A stretch of 60,884 nt of DNA, the filler included. It is 8 parts of 8 records of this genome, joined end to end, with 100 filler letters (N's around TTAATTAATTAA, not from the genome) between each part and the next. Parts side by side here need not be neighbours in the genome. Positions count along the whole stretch, not along the records: positions 50,324 to 60,884 come from DRR723986_34968; 7 more parts are not named here. The stretch is one strand, 5' to 3'. Both the position numbers and the translations under genes were made by a program. Below the pieces are notes generated by a model. The model was not told where the DNA came from. It did no database searches and saw only the letters and a program-made list of their open reading frames with translations. Below, in pieces: positions 51,255-60,884 of this stretch (position 1 is its first letter; the number at the start of each line of letters is the position of its first letter).

Positions 51255-52116
51255 GGTGCAATTTACATCCGCATTTGTGGCAATACTCAGCATTATCTTG
51301 ATGTTTCTCTGCTAAACAATTTACGCAACATTGGGTATTAAGAACTACAGTTTTTAACTGTTTGTGCTCCTCATCAGATAACTTTTCTTTACCATTAGTG
51401 GCCTTTGTGTATTCTGCTGAAACTATTCCTGTAGGTACAGCAATTATTCCATAACCTAAAACCATTATTAAAGTTGCAATAAATTGTCCTAATGGTGTTT
51501 GAGGCGCAATATCTCCAAAACCAACAGTAGTAAGTGTAACAATACACCAATATACACTTTTTGGTATGTTGGTAAACCCATTTTCTTCACCTTCTACCAT
51601 ATACATTATGGTACCAAAAATCACAGCGGCAATTAAGACTGCAAATAAGAAAACGGCAATTTTTGCCTTACTTGCTTTTATGGCATTTGCTAACTGATTA
51701 GAAGCTCCAAGGTATCTCGCTAATTTTAGTATTCTAAATACACGCAGCAATCTAAGTGCTCTTAACGCAATGAGCGCTTGTGTTCCTCCCAAAAAAAGAG
51801 AAATATATTTTGGTATAGTAGAGAGTAGGTCTATTATTCCATAAAAACTTAAGACGTATTTTATTGGAAGCTTTACTGAGACAATTCTTAAAATATATTC
51901 AATGGTGAAAAGAATAGTAATAATCCATTCAGCTATATCCAGAAAGGCATGATACTTTTCATCAAAACTATTAATGCTTTCTAACATTACCAATATGATA
52001 CTAGCTAATATGGCAATGAGAAGGACAACATCAAATAACTTTCCTGTAGGCGTATCTGCTTCGTAAATTATTTCATGAAGTTTGGTCCTCCAGGTATGTT
52101 TATTCGTAGCTTCCAC
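51247..52116 (-). CDS. Voltage-gated K+ channel-like ion transporter with a C-terminal Cys-rich ribbon
   Basis: S4 RALRLLRVFRILK, filter TLTTVGFGD, C-terminal CVNC..CHKC. Confidence 0.9.
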   Translation of the reverse strand: MEATNKHTWRTKLHEIIYEADTPTGKLFDVVLLIAILASIILVMLESINSFDEKYHAFLDIAEWIITILFTIEYILRIVSVKLPIKYVLSFYGIIDLLSTIPKYISLFLGGTQALIALRALRLLRVFRILKLARYLGASNQLANAIKASKAKIAVFLFAVLIAAVIFGTIMYMVEGEENGFTNIPKSVYWCIVTLTTVGFGDIAPQTPLGQFIATLIMVLGYGIIAVPTGIVSAEYTKATNGKEKLSDEEHKQLKTVVLNTQCCVNCLAEKHQDNAEYCHKCGCKLHHD

Positions 52117-52145
52117 GATTTAAAAATACGAAAAGTAAAATGACT

Positions 52146-53507
52146 TTACAGTTCTAAGATTTTTAACTTTTTGTTTCTTCGCATATAACTTTGAATTATA
52201 TGTTGAGTATCTCTATTGTTCTGCATTGGTGTAATTAAGGATGCTAAGATTTCTCTGTTGTTTATTTGATGGTTTAAATCAAAAAAACCAATACCCTTAA
52301 ATATTCCGTCTTCAATTAGGATGACACTTTTTTCATCAATATCCCTTCCTCTATCAATGAGTATCATATCCTTATTGTCATAGCTATTCATTTCAATCAC
52401 AGTTTTAGCCCTTTTATTATATTCGTCAGAAGGTTCCTCTATAATACATGCGCCAAAACATTCTTTTATGTCATAATTAAAACAACTTGTTTGAGTTTTA
52501 TCTATTCCACACAGTTTAGTGCATAATTGATACATTTCTATCATTCTATTGATAAATGAAATACCACTCTGTCTATTTGTAAACGTTGTAATTGGTTTTT
52601 CTTCTTGCTTTATCTGGCTGATTCTTAGATTTATATATCCATTTTCATCTATGAAGCTATATAATCCTTGTGTAAATTTGCTTCGTTTTAAGGCTCTGTT
52701 ATGAATAGGTTTATTAGCCTTTATTTCTTCACTTTCTTTGAGTAATGCTACTAATTCGCTTCCTGTTTTCTCATATGTCACTGCAGCAACTTGAATTTGA
52801 ATTTTTTTAGATTTTGAATTGGTATTTGTAAAATGCTGAGTTATACGTTTTTTGATATTGTTACTTTTTCCAATATAGATGATATTACCATTGGCATCAT
52901 GAATGTAGTAAACGCCAGTTTCAGTGGGTAACTCTTCAATTATTTCTTTGAGGTTTGGTGCTAATCTCGACTTTTGTTCAACTTTAACGGCTTTCTTAAT
53001 AATAGCTTTATCTAAGTCTTTATGAAGCAACATTTTAAAGAGTTTTACAGTTGCTTGTGCATCACCATTTGCTCTATGTCTATCACTTACAGGTATACCG
53101 AGAGCTCTTGCAAGTTTTCCCAAACTATAAGATTCCATTTCTGGGATAAGTTGCTGAGATAGTTCTACGGTACATAAAGTTTTCCGTTTAAAAGGAAAAC
53201 CAAGTCTCTTAAATTCTGTTTTTAAAATTCGGTAATCAAAGTCAGCATTATGAGCAACTAATATGCAATTTTCTGTTATCTCTACAATACGCTTAGCAAC
53301 CTCGTAGAATTTCGGAGCATTTTTTAGCATGTTAGAATTAATACCAGTTAGGTTAACAACAAAGGGCTGTATCTCACGCTCAGGATTTACTAAAGAAATA
53401 AACTGGTCTGTAATCTTGTGTCCATCAAATTGATAAATAGCAATTTCAGTAATACCTTCTTCATTATACTTACCACCTGTGGTTTCTATGTCTACTATTG
53501 CGTATAT
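52146..53507 (-). CDS. DnaQ-like DEDDh exonuclease fused to a UvrC-like GIY-YIG nuclease, with a non-canonical ATA start
   Basis: The frame extends 59 codons upstream of the tracked Met to IYAIVDIETTGG (ExoI). Also AHNADFD, HRANGDA, GVYY..IIYIGKS. Confidence 0.88.
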   Translation of the reverse strand: MYAIVDIETTGGKYNEEGITEIAIYQFDGHKITDQFISLVNPEREIQPFVVNLTGINSNMLKNAPKFYEVAKRIVEITENCILVAHNADFDYRILKTEFKRLGFPFKRKTLCTVELSQQLIPEMESYSLGKLARALGIPVSDRHRANGDAQATVKLFKMLLHKDLDKAIIKKAVKVEQKSRLAPNLKEIIEELPTETGVYYIHDANGNIIYIGKSNNIKKRITQHFTNTNSKSKKIQIQVAAVTYEKTGSELVALLKESEEIKANKPIHNRALKRSKFTQGLYSFIDENGYINLRISQIKQEEKPITTFTNRQSGISFINRMIEMYQLCTKLCGIDKTQTSCFNYDIKECFGACIIEEPSDEYNKRAKTVIEMNSYDNKDMILIDRGRDIDEKSVILIEDGIFKGIGFFDLNHQINNREILASLITPMQNNRDTQHIIQSYMRRNKKLKILEL

Positions 53508-53572
53508 TGGGCTGGGTTATGTTTTTATTATTAGTACTAAGTTAAAAAAGTATTGCTTTTTATGGGTAAAAT

Positions 53573-54241
53573 CTAATTATAATTTCTAGCGCCAAAAATA
53601 CTGCTTCCTACTCTTATCATTGTGCTGCCGCAATCTATAGCAAGTTTATAATCACCACTCATACCCATAGATATTATATTTAGGTTACAGTTTGCAGTTT
53701 GCCTTGGTTGTAATGTCTCAAATGTTTCTTTAAGAAAATTAAATTCACTTTCAATTTGTTTCATATCGTCAGTAAAAGTTGCCATACCCATTACACCGAC
53801 AATTTTAATATTTTTTAATTGTGTTAATTCTTCTGAGTGTAATAAAGAAGACACTTCGTTTGAAGAATATCCGAACTTACTATCTTCCTGTGCAATTTTT
53901 ATTTGTAATAAACAGTCGATGACTCTATCATGCTTTTTTGCTTGTTTATTAATTTCTTTGAGTAGTTTAAGACTGTCAACACCATGAATTAGGCTAACAA
54001 ATTTAGCCATATACTTTACTTTATTACGTTGTACATGCCCAATCATATGCCATTGAATATCTTTTGGCATTTCCTCATACTTCTCAGCCATTTCTTGGAT
54101 TTTGTTCTCTCCAAAAATACGTTGACCAGCGTCATAAGCTTCCATAAGGTCAATAACAGGTTTGGTTTTTGAAACTGCTACTAGCGTAATATGGTCTGGT
54201 AAAGTAGATGTTATCTTTTGAATGTTTTCTTTAATACTCAT
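53573..54241 (-). CDS. yggS: PLP homeostasis protein YggS
   Basis: Motifs VAVSKTKP, FGENKIQE, WHMIGHVQRNK, SMGMSGDY. Confidence 0.93.
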   Translation of the reverse strand: MSIKENIQKITSTLPDHITLVAVSKTKPVIDLMEAYDAGQRIFGENKIQEMAEKYEEMPKDIQWHMIGHVQRNKVKYMAKFVSLIHGVDSLKLLKEINKQAKKHDRVIDCLLQIKIAQEDSKFGYSSNEVSSLLHSEELTQLKNIKIVGVMGMATFTDDMKQIESEFNFLKETFETLQPRQTANCNLNIISMGMSGDYKLAIDCGSTMIRVGSSIFGARNYN

Positions 54242-55469
54242 AAATTGTGATTCCACTTCTAAGTTTTGGCAGAATATAAGTGCTTTTAGGTGGCATTTTT
54301 AAACCTTCATCTGCAATTTGCTTCATTTGATCTACGGTTGGTGGACACATCCCAAAACCTACTTTAAATTCACCAGTATCAACACTAGACTTTATAGTTA
54401 CTATTTCATGTCTACCATTAACATATTCTATACGATTATCATTTCGCAGATCATTAATACCTAATATTGGCTGAAGGATGGTTTTAAATAACAAATGTGC
54501 ATCTAAATGGTCTAGAGCTGTATTAAATTTATAGCTAGTTTTTCTTAGATATAATGAATAGAATTCACCATCTAAATACATGCTAAAATGATGTGGTTTC
54601 GTTGGATGATAAGGAAAAATGCCTCTGTTCTTAATTCTAAACATCTCATCGAGCTTTATTAAGAAGTCTTCTTTACTTAAACCATTTAAATCTTTAATAA
54701 GCCTACTAAATTCGTAGATTACTAAATCAGATTCAGGAATAAGGTAAGACAGAAAATAGTTATAAGACTCATCTCCTGAATGATTAGGATTGTTTTCCTT
54801 TTCGTCTTTGTACAGTAAGTAAGATGATGCAGAACGATGGTGTCCGTCTGCAATATAGATAGTCTCCATTTGATTGAACTCTTCCTGAATTGTAGCTATG
54901 ATATCGTCATTATCAATTTTCCAGAGATAATGGGTGTCTCTATAGGTCATGGTAAATTCAAACTCAGCATGTCCTTTTTGAGTTTCTTTAATTATAGCTG
55001 AAATTACATTATTGTCAGGATAGGTGAGTAATACAGGCTCAGCATTAAAACCTACAGTCTGCAAATAACTTTTAAAGGTCTCTTCGCGTTTAGCAATAGT
55101 TTCTTCGTGCTTTTTAATAATATCACGCTCATAGTCTTCTGCACTTGTAGCGGCTATTATACCGTTAAATTCCTGACCATGTCTGTTTACAATTTTATAG
55201 ACGTAAAAAGACGGGTTGTTTTCTGTAACAAAGATGCCATCTTCTTTAAATTCGTTGTAGCGATTTCTAACTAACCTATAGCGTTCTTCACCAGTAATTA
55301 TTTGATCATATTTATATCCAGGATTTACGATATGTAAGAAACTATATGGGTTATAATCCATTCTAGACTCACGCTCATCAATTGTGTAACTTTGATAAGG
55401 TCTTGCTGCAACAAGGCCTACAATTGCTCTTGTTGGTTTAACTGCTTTAAATGGAATTATTTTTGCCAT
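54231..55469 (-). CDS. DUF1015 family protein
   Basis: Motifs IKKHEET, YIADGHHR, MPPKSTY..PKLRSG. Confidence 0.9.
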   Translation of the reverse strand: MAKIIPFKAVKPTRAIVGLVAARPYQSYTIDERESRMDYNPYSFLHIVNPGYKYDQIITGEERYRLVRNRYNEFKEDGIFVTENNPSFYVYKIVNRHGQEFNGIIAATSAEDYERDIIKKHEETIAKREETFKSYLQTVGFNAEPVLLTYPDNNVISAIIKETQKGHAEFEFTMTYRDTHYLWKIDNDDIIATIQEEFNQMETIYIADGHHRSASSYLLYKDEKENNPNHSGDESYNYFLSYLIPESDLVIYEFSRLIKDLNGLSKEDFLIKLDEMFRIKNRGIFPYHPTKPHHFSMYLDGEFYSLYLRKTSYKFNTALDHLDAHLLFKTILQPILGINDLRNDNRIEYVNGRHEIVTIKSSVDTGEFKVGFGMCPPTVDQMKQIADEGLKMPPKSTYILPKLRSGITIYEY

Positions 55470-55472
55470 AAA

Positions 55473-56363
55473 CTATTTTACAAACTGGCCTGAAACTTTC
55501 TCAGCCTTTCTACTTTCAGAATAATCATAGAATCCTTCACCAGATTTTACACCTAATTTACCAGCCTGCACCATATTAACCAATAGTGGACAAGGTGCAT
55601 ACTTAGGGTTCTTAAAACCATCATACATTACATTAAGTATAGATAGACAAACGTCTAGCCCTATAAAATCTGCTAATTGTAATGGACCCATAGGATGTGC
55701 CATACCTAATTTCATTACGGTATCAATTTCTTGTACACCTGCAACACCATTATATAGCGTCTCAATAGATTCGTTAATCATTGGCATAAGAATACGATTG
55801 GCAACAAAACCAGGATAATCATTCACTTCTGTTGGAATTTTACCTAAGGTTTTAGATAATTCCATGATGGTATTTGTTACTGAATCACTTGTGCTATAGC
55901 CGCGAATTATCTCTACTAATTTCATAATCGGTACAGGATTCATAAAATGCATACCAATGACTTTATCTGGTCTAGATGTAACGGCTGCAATCTGCGTAAT
56001 AGAAATCGAAGATGTGTTTGTTGCTAAAATCGTGTCTTTATTACAAATTTCATCTAATTGCTTAAAAATTTTAAGTTTTAAATCTACATTTTCTGTTGCA
56101 GCTTCAACAACTAAAGCAGTGGATTTTACACCAGCTTCAATATCTGTATGTGTAGTGATATTATCTAATGTGTTTTGCTTATCTGCATCTGTAATTTTTT
56201 CTTTAGCGACCATTCTATCTAAATTTTTAGAAATGGTTGCCATACCTTTATCAAGAGAAGATTCACTGATGTCTATAAGGTTAACATTGAATCCAGATTG
56301 TGCAAAAGTATGAGCAATACCGTTACCCATTGTACCTGCACCAATTACTGCTACGTTTTTCAT
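55473..56363 (-). CDS. hbd: 3-hydroxybutyryl-CoA dehydrogenase
   Basis: Motifs GAGTMGNGIA, EAATE, NTSSISIT, GMHFMNP, PMGPL. Confidence 0.9.
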   Translation of the reverse strand: MKNVAVIGAGTMGNGIAHTFAQSGFNVNLIDISESSLDKGMATISKNLDRMVAKEKITDADKQNTLDNITTHTDIEAGVKSTALVVEAATENVDLKLKIFKQLDEICNKDTILATNTSSISITQIAAVTSRPDKVIGMHFMNPVPIMKLVEIIRGYSTSDSVTNTIMELSKTLGKIPTEVNDYPGFVANRILMPMINESIETLYNGVAGVQEIDTVMKLGMAHPMGPLQLADFIGLDVCLSILNVMYDGFKNPKYAPCPLLVNMVQAGKLGVKSGEGFYDYSESRKAEKVSGQFVK

Positions 56364-56376
56364 TTATAATGTTTTT

Positions 56377-56485
56377 GTCATTGCGAGACTTTTTTAAGTC
56401 GTGGCAATCTGTTTATACTATGATTTAAATAAAAATTGAATTTCAATTAAAAAGATTACTTCAGTCATTCTTCCTTCGTAATGAC
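56377..56485. repeat. Small palindromic intergenic element (GTCATTGCGAG...GCAATCT / AGATTAC...TTCGTAATGAC)
   Basis: Outer inverted repeat GTCATT(G/A)CGA and inner inverted repeat GCAATCT/AGATTAC around an AT-rich spacer. Confidence 0.7.
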
Positions 56486-56493
56486 ATTAATTT

Positions 56494-57453
56494 TTAAAAC
56501 TGATTAATAATCATTGTTGCCACACGAAGCGCTTCTGTGCCATCATGTAATGTTACTATTGGTTTAGTGTCAGTGTTAATTGCATTTGCAAACGTCTCTA
56601 ACTCATCTAATATGGCATTATTGTTTTCTATTTCAGGATTATCAAAATAGATCTGCTTTTTTACACCTTCTGCATTCTGTAAGATCATATCAAAATCACC
56701 AGGATTTTCTGGTGCATCTTTCATTTTCACAACCTCACATTTCTTTTCAAGAAAGTCTACTGAGATATAGGCGTCTTTTTGAAAGAATCTTGTTTTACGC
56801 ATATTCTTTAAAGATATTCTGCTCGCCGTTAGATTAGCAACGCAGCCGTTTTTAAATTCTATACGCGCATTAGCAATATCTGGTGTGTCACTTACTACTG
56901 AAACACCACTGGCTGAGATATGCTTAACAGGTGATTTTACAACACTGAGAATAATATCAATATCGTGAATCATTAAATCTAAAACCACTGGTACATCTGT
57001 ACCTCTTGGGTTAAATTCAGCTAAGCGATGCGTCTCAATAAACATTGGATTTTCAATTTTATCCTTAACACCTGTAAATGCAGGATTGAATCGTTCTACA
57101 TGTCCTACCTGACCTTTGACTCCATTTTCAGCAACAAGTGTACGAATAGTTTCGGCCTCTTCAACCGTATTAGTAATAGGTTTTTCTATAAAAATATGTT
57201 TACCTTTTTTTATGGCCTGTTTAGCGCAATCATAGTGTGAAAGAGTAGGTGTCACTATATCTACAACATCTACGGCATCAATTAGGCTGTCAATGGTATC
57301 AAAATAGGTATAACCGAATTCTTCAACCACACGTTTGGCGTTTTCAGGATCTGCATCATAAAACCCTACGAGCTTGTATTTATCTGATTGATTTAGTAGT
57401 CTAAGATGAATTTTACCAAGGTGACCAGCACCAAGAACACCAGCTTTTAGCAT
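56494..57453 (-). CDS. Gfo/Idh/MocA oxidoreductase
   Basis: Motifs GAGHLG, IEKP, GHVERFNPA, DLMIHD. Confidence 0.9.
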   Translation of the reverse strand: MLKAGVLGAGHLGKIHLRLLNQSDKYKLVGFYDADPENAKRVVEEFGYTYFDTIDSLIDAVDVVDIVTPTLSHYDCAKQAIKKGKHIFIEKPITNTVEEAETIRTLVAENGVKGQVGHVERFNPAFTGVKDKIENPMFIETHRLAEFNPRGTDVPVVLDLMIHDIDIILSVVKSPVKHISASGVSVVSDTPDIANARIEFKNGCVANLTASRISLKNMRKTRFFQKDAYISVDFLEKKCEVVKMKDAPENPGDFDMILQNAEGVKKQIYFDNPEIENNNAILDELETFANAINTDTKPIVTLHDGTEALRVATMIINQF

Positions 57454-57469
57454 GTTTTTCAGTTTTTAA

Positions 57470-57477
57470 CAAAAATA
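57470..57477 (-). promoter_or_regulatory. Bacteroidota -7 promoter element
   Basis: TATTTTTG on the minus strand, 16 nt upstream of the oxidoreductase ATG. Confidence 0.5.
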
Positions 57478-57596
57478 GGCGTTTTCATTCAAAAATTTAA
57501 AAAAGAAAATATAAAAAACTGCGAATTTAATAATTGAATTTTCCGATTGGAATTTGCCTTTCTTTAAGTTAATTTAGCGTGAAACTAAACTAAGAT

Positions 57597-58241
57597 TTGA
57601 AAGATACATTTAAGCATAAGGGAATGCGTCAACAATTGATTGACTCCATTAGAAAGCATGGTGGAATAAAGGATGAGGCCGTACTCGAAGCAATGAATAA
57701 AGTGCCTAGGCATTTGTTTATGGATTCTAGTTTTATAGATCATGCTTATGTTGATAAAGCATTTCCTATAGGTGCAGACCAAACTATTTCGCAACCCTAT
57801 ACTGTTGCCTACCAAACCGAATTATTACAAATAAAGCCTGGAGATAAAGTTTTAGAAATTGGTACAGGAAGCGGATATCAATGTGCTGTATTAATTGAAC
57901 TTGGTGCAAAAGTGTACAGTATAGAACGTCAACAGGAGCTTTTTAAAAAGACTTCCAAGTTCTTGCCTAAAATAGGATACAGAGCCAAAAAACTAATTTT
58001 TGGTGATGGTTACAAAGGATTGCCAGACGAAGCACCATTTGACAGTATAATAGTTACTGCTGGTGCGCCTTTTGTACCTAAGCCATTATTAAGCCAATTA
58101 GCTATTGGTGGTCGTTTGGTTATTCCAGTTGGTAAAGATGTACAAGTTATGACGCTTTTTATTAGAAAAGGACCAAAAGAGTTTGAAAAACACGAATTTG
58201 ATAAGTTTAGATTTGTACCCTTGTTAGAGGATAAAAACTAG
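57597..58241 (+). CDS. pcm: Protein-L-isoaspartate O-methyltransferase
   Basis: Motifs VPRHLF, QTISQP, LEIGTGSGYQ, APFDSIIVTA. TTG start. Confidence 0.95.
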   Translation: MKDTFKHKGMRQQLIDSIRKHGGIKDEAVLEAMNKVPRHLFMDSSFIDHAYVDKAFPIGADQTISQPYTVAYQTELLQIKPGDKVLEIGTGSGYQCAVLIELGAKVYSIERQQELFKKTSKFLPKIGYRAKKLIFGDGYKGLPDEAPFDSIIVTAGAPFVPKPLLSQLAIGGRLVIPVGKDVQVMTLFIRKGPKEFEKHEFDKFRFVPLLEDKN

Positions 58242-60079
58242 TTTATAAATTTCTTATAGGCATCTACACCACCAACAATAGGTAAAGTTAAAGTTGTTTT
58301 GTCTAACTGAATGGTTAACTCTGTACCAGATTTTGGATGTAACGTAAAGTCTTTATCACTAGAAAATATGACTAATCCTATCTGCTGACCGGCTTTAATA
58401 ATTTGGTCATCTGGTTGCAAATCAAAAGTCACTGTGTAAAATTGCTTAGGAATTAAATCTTCTTCCTGAGTAATTGACTTATAGTTTTTAGGATCTGCCC
58501 ATCCGCGAGTAATAATATTATCTGTAATTTTTAAATCATCACCTTCTTGCCAAGGTAAAGATACAAGCCAAACTGACAGATTTGCAGAAGGTTTACTGCT
58601 ACTTAATGTTATGCTTACTTTTGGTAAACCAGAAATATGTAAATTAGATTTTAAGGCTGGTGTGACGTATAGTAATCTATTTTTAGAATTCGTCGCTGTT
58701 GCATGTGCTTTTCCTGATATGGAAGCATCATCAGAAAACGTTTCTGCAGCCTCATTACCAGTATTTAAAGTTAAGCCACCTTGAGTCATACCACCTGATG
58801 TTAAGTTTAAAGTAACATCAGAAGCATCTGGGTTTGGATAGTCTTTATAAGCAGTTGGTTGTTGTCTGTCATCATATTCTCTTACGATATACGCTTTGTT
58901 TTCTTCTTTATCGACACCATTATTAATTCCATGTAAGTATTTTGTAAACCATTTGTTCATCATAGAAACTGGTGGCGGACCACCATGCCCATTTTGATGA
59001 TAATAAATTTGTGCATGTAAGCCTTTGTCTTTTGCGGCTTTGTAAATTCTATAGCTATGTTCTGGCATTACATTCCAATCGTTAAAACCATGTGACATAA
59101 GTAATGCAGCTTTCATATTATCCATTTGATTTAGATAATCACGACCAGCCCAAAATTCATTATAATCTCCAGTTTCTCTATCCATGCCATTACGCATTTC
59201 AGTGTCTCTGACTGTTTTGTTATTATATGGTCGCTTAGCTTCGTCACCACTATGAATATAATCATACAATACATCAATATCTTCACCTAAATAACCACCT
59301 GGTGAGCGAACTAAGCCATTAGAGCGATAATAGTTATAGTAAGACGTGTTTGGTGCTACAGGAATTATAACCTCTAAGCCATCAACACCTGTTGTTGCTG
59401 CTGCAAGTGGAAGTGTACCATTGTAAGACGTTCCGGTCATTCCTACTTTTCCTGTTGTCCAGTAAGCTAGTACTTCTTCATTTCCATCTGCACTTGTATA
59501 ACCTTTAGCTCTGCCATTTAACCAATCTATAACGGCTTTTGGTGCTAGAGATTCGTTTTTTCCTCCAACAGTTGGAGCTCCTTGAGATAAGCCTGTTCCT
59601 GGTGACGAAGAATGTACAACAATATATCCTCTAGGCACCCATTTTCTAACCTGAGAATTAGATATTATTGGGCGCTTTCCTCTCCTGGTAACTTCTGGGT
59701 GAACACGTTCTGGTCCAATTTCTCCGAGTTCATGGTTAACATCCCAAAAAACACCGTCTACGTCTGGTGCTACACCAGCATAGTAAGGACTTGTCTCATA
59801 TATTACAGGTAATTTTAATCCTTCTGATTCTGTTTGTTGAGGTCGTGTAACATCTACATGCATTCTATCTGGTTTACCATCTCCATCAGTATCAAACTCT
59901 GTTTCAACCCACAAATCGTGTCGTATCCAGTTATCCGGATTTTTAAATACTTCTACAATTTGTGCTTCACCATCTTTAAAAACGGGTTGAGCTTTTTGAG
60001 CAGTTTCTTGTGCACAGCTTAGAATTGAAAATGTAAGTGCAACAAGAAGTAATAAATTCGATTTTAATGAATACATCAT
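58238..60079 (-). CDS. Secreted Xaa-Pro dipeptidyl-peptidase (S15, CocE/NonD family)
   Basis: Signal peptide, DTDGDGKPD, nucleophile motif GTSYNG, HGFNDWNV, C-terminal PepX-like domain. Confidence 0.88.
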   Translation of the reverse strand: MMYSLKSNLLLLVALTFSILSCAQETAQKAQPVFKDGEAQIVEVFKNPDNWIRHDLWVETEFDTDGDGKPDRMHVDVTRPQQTESEGLKLPVIYETSPYYAGVAPDVDGVFWDVNHELGEIGPERVHPEVTRRGKRPIISNSQVRKWVPRGYIVVHSSSPGTGLSQGAPTVGGKNESLAPKAVIDWLNGRAKGYTSADGNEEVLAYWTTGKVGMTGTSYNGTLPLAAATTGVDGLEVIIPVAPNTSYYNYYRSNGLVRSPGGYLGEDIDVLYDYIHSGDEAKRPYNNKTVRDTEMRNGMDRETGDYNEFWAGRDYLNQMDNMKAALLMSHGFNDWNVMPEHSYRIYKAAKDKGLHAQIYYHQNGHGGPPPVSMMNKWFTKYLHGINNGVDKEENKAYIVREYDDRQQPTAYKDYPNPDASDVTLNLTSGGMTQGGLTLNTGNEAAETFSDDASISGKAHATATNSKNRLLYVTPALKSNLHISGLPKVSITLSSSKPSANLSVWLVSLPWQEGDDLKITDNIITRGWADPKNYKSITQEEDLIPKQFYTVTFDLQPDDQIIKAGQQIGLVIFSSDKDFTLHPKSGTELTIQLDKTTLTLPIVGGVDAYKKFIN

Positions 60080-60160
60080 ATTAGAATGGTCTTTAGAATA
60101 ATTCTGATAAAAATAAGGACTAAAAGTTAGACCTCAAATCGTTTTAAGATTTGTTTGATG

Positions 60161-60682
60161 TTATTGCTTAGGTCAATATTCTTCAGGGATTGGATTCTCT
60201 TTAGACTCTTGCATCCAGTAAATATTAATAATCCACCAACGTTCACCATCATTCATAAGTTGAATACTGTTAATTCCTCTCATTAAGGGTTTAGTATCAC
60301 TTTTGCTTTTAAAGGATTCGTAAGTGCTGAATACTTGTGTGACGTTGCCAAATGTGTGTGCCTCTCGATTAATTTCTACTTCATGAAAGCCATTTTCATA
60401 AAGCTATGTACCAGATGTTTTAAAATATTCATCAGGTGTCATAAATCGTGCAATGGTCTTAACTTCTTTCGTTTGGGCAGTAGGTATCAACTTAGCATCC
60501 TTATGAAATAAGAACTTGAATAATTCCTAATCACGTTTTACACCTGCATCACCAGAAATAACTGCTTATAATGTTTCAATTGTACTGTCTAAGGCGTTAA
60601 CATGTTTTGAATTGTCTTTAGTTTCTTCTTGAGCATTCAAACTAATAGAGGAAATAACTAGGATAAAAATTAGATTTTTCAT
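60161..60682 (-). pseudogene. Pseudogene of a secreted NTF2/SnoaL-like protein with four in-frame stops
   Basis: A single frame reads MKNLIF..TL*AVISG..KRD*ELF..SGT*LYENGFHEVE..FSTYE..RGINSIQL..RWWI..EEY*PKQ*. Confidence 0.8.
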
Positions 60683-60691
60683 GTTATAAAG

Positions 60692-60884
60692 TTAAAAGAA
60701 TTTTAATCCAAATAAAATTGCATCACTTTGAAATCCGCTTTGGTAAGACCGTACATAGTCTACTCTTAAAAAACGCCATTTTCCCCAACCTATATTATCA
60801 ACACCAATAGTGTATTCTTGATATGGCTTAAAATCTAGTGTAGCTAATAAATGAGCACCTACTACCAGATTAAAGTTGAGTTTA
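60692..60884 (-). CDS. C-terminus of an outer-membrane beta-barrel protein (DUF5686-like), truncated by the window
   Basis: Reads KPYQEYTIGVDNIGWGKWRFLRVDYVRSY..ILFGLKFF* with a terminal Phe. Confidence 0.65.
   Translation of the reverse strand, partial: KLNFNLVVGAHLLATLDFKPYQEYTIGVDNIGWGKWRFLRVDYVRSYQSGFQSDAILFGLKFF

Noticed and set aside
49221-54241. Local duplication of yggS
   Set aside because: The two copies are on different contigs from different phyla, separated by a linker.
60161-60682. Stop-codon reassignment or readthrough in the Flavobacteriaceae contig
   Set aside because: Three different stop codons replace different residues, and neighbouring genes end normally at TAA/TAG.

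Overview
This window is not one locus. It is eight unrelated contigs joined by identical 100-bp artificial linkers (N-run, TTAATTAATTAA, N-run), so it looks like a concatenated metagenome assembly. (1) 1-5585, AT-rich Bacteroidota: end of an IcmF/MCM-family mutase, two tandem TPR-TM-SpoIIE phosphatases, heptamer repeats. (2) 5686-11914, Bacteroidota: two inward-facing Rhs C-terminal toxin/immunity cassettes whose core ends form a ~184-bp inverted repeat at the two contig ends, flanking a T9SS type-B substrate and a lipoprotein. (3) 12015-17183, Rhodobacteraceae-like: reductive dehalogenase fused to a reductase, plus tctD-tctE-SBP and tctC. (4) 17284-22770, Rhodobacteraceae-like: RTX metalloprotease and ectoine catabolism doeB-doeA/doeX-doeD. 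(5) 22871-34978, Planctomycetota-like: peptidase, TroA-type SBP, degenerate nucleotidyltransferase plus UvrA, ATP-grasp protein, Secretin_N-repeat protein without a secretin barrel. (6) 35079-42076: edge of an integrative element with a ParB/Srx-like gene and two very large, translationally coupled tyrosine-recombinase-like genes beside a displaced 3' half of tRNA-fMet. (7) 42177-50223, GC-rich gammaproteobacterial housekeeping genes (rpoH to pilT). (8) 50324-60884, Flavobacteriaceae housekeeping genes, including an ATA-initiated exonuclease and a multi-stop pseudogene. The best candidates for undescribed systems are contig 6 and contig 2. All calls come from motif recognition by eye. No database searches were run, and the taxonomy is inferred.
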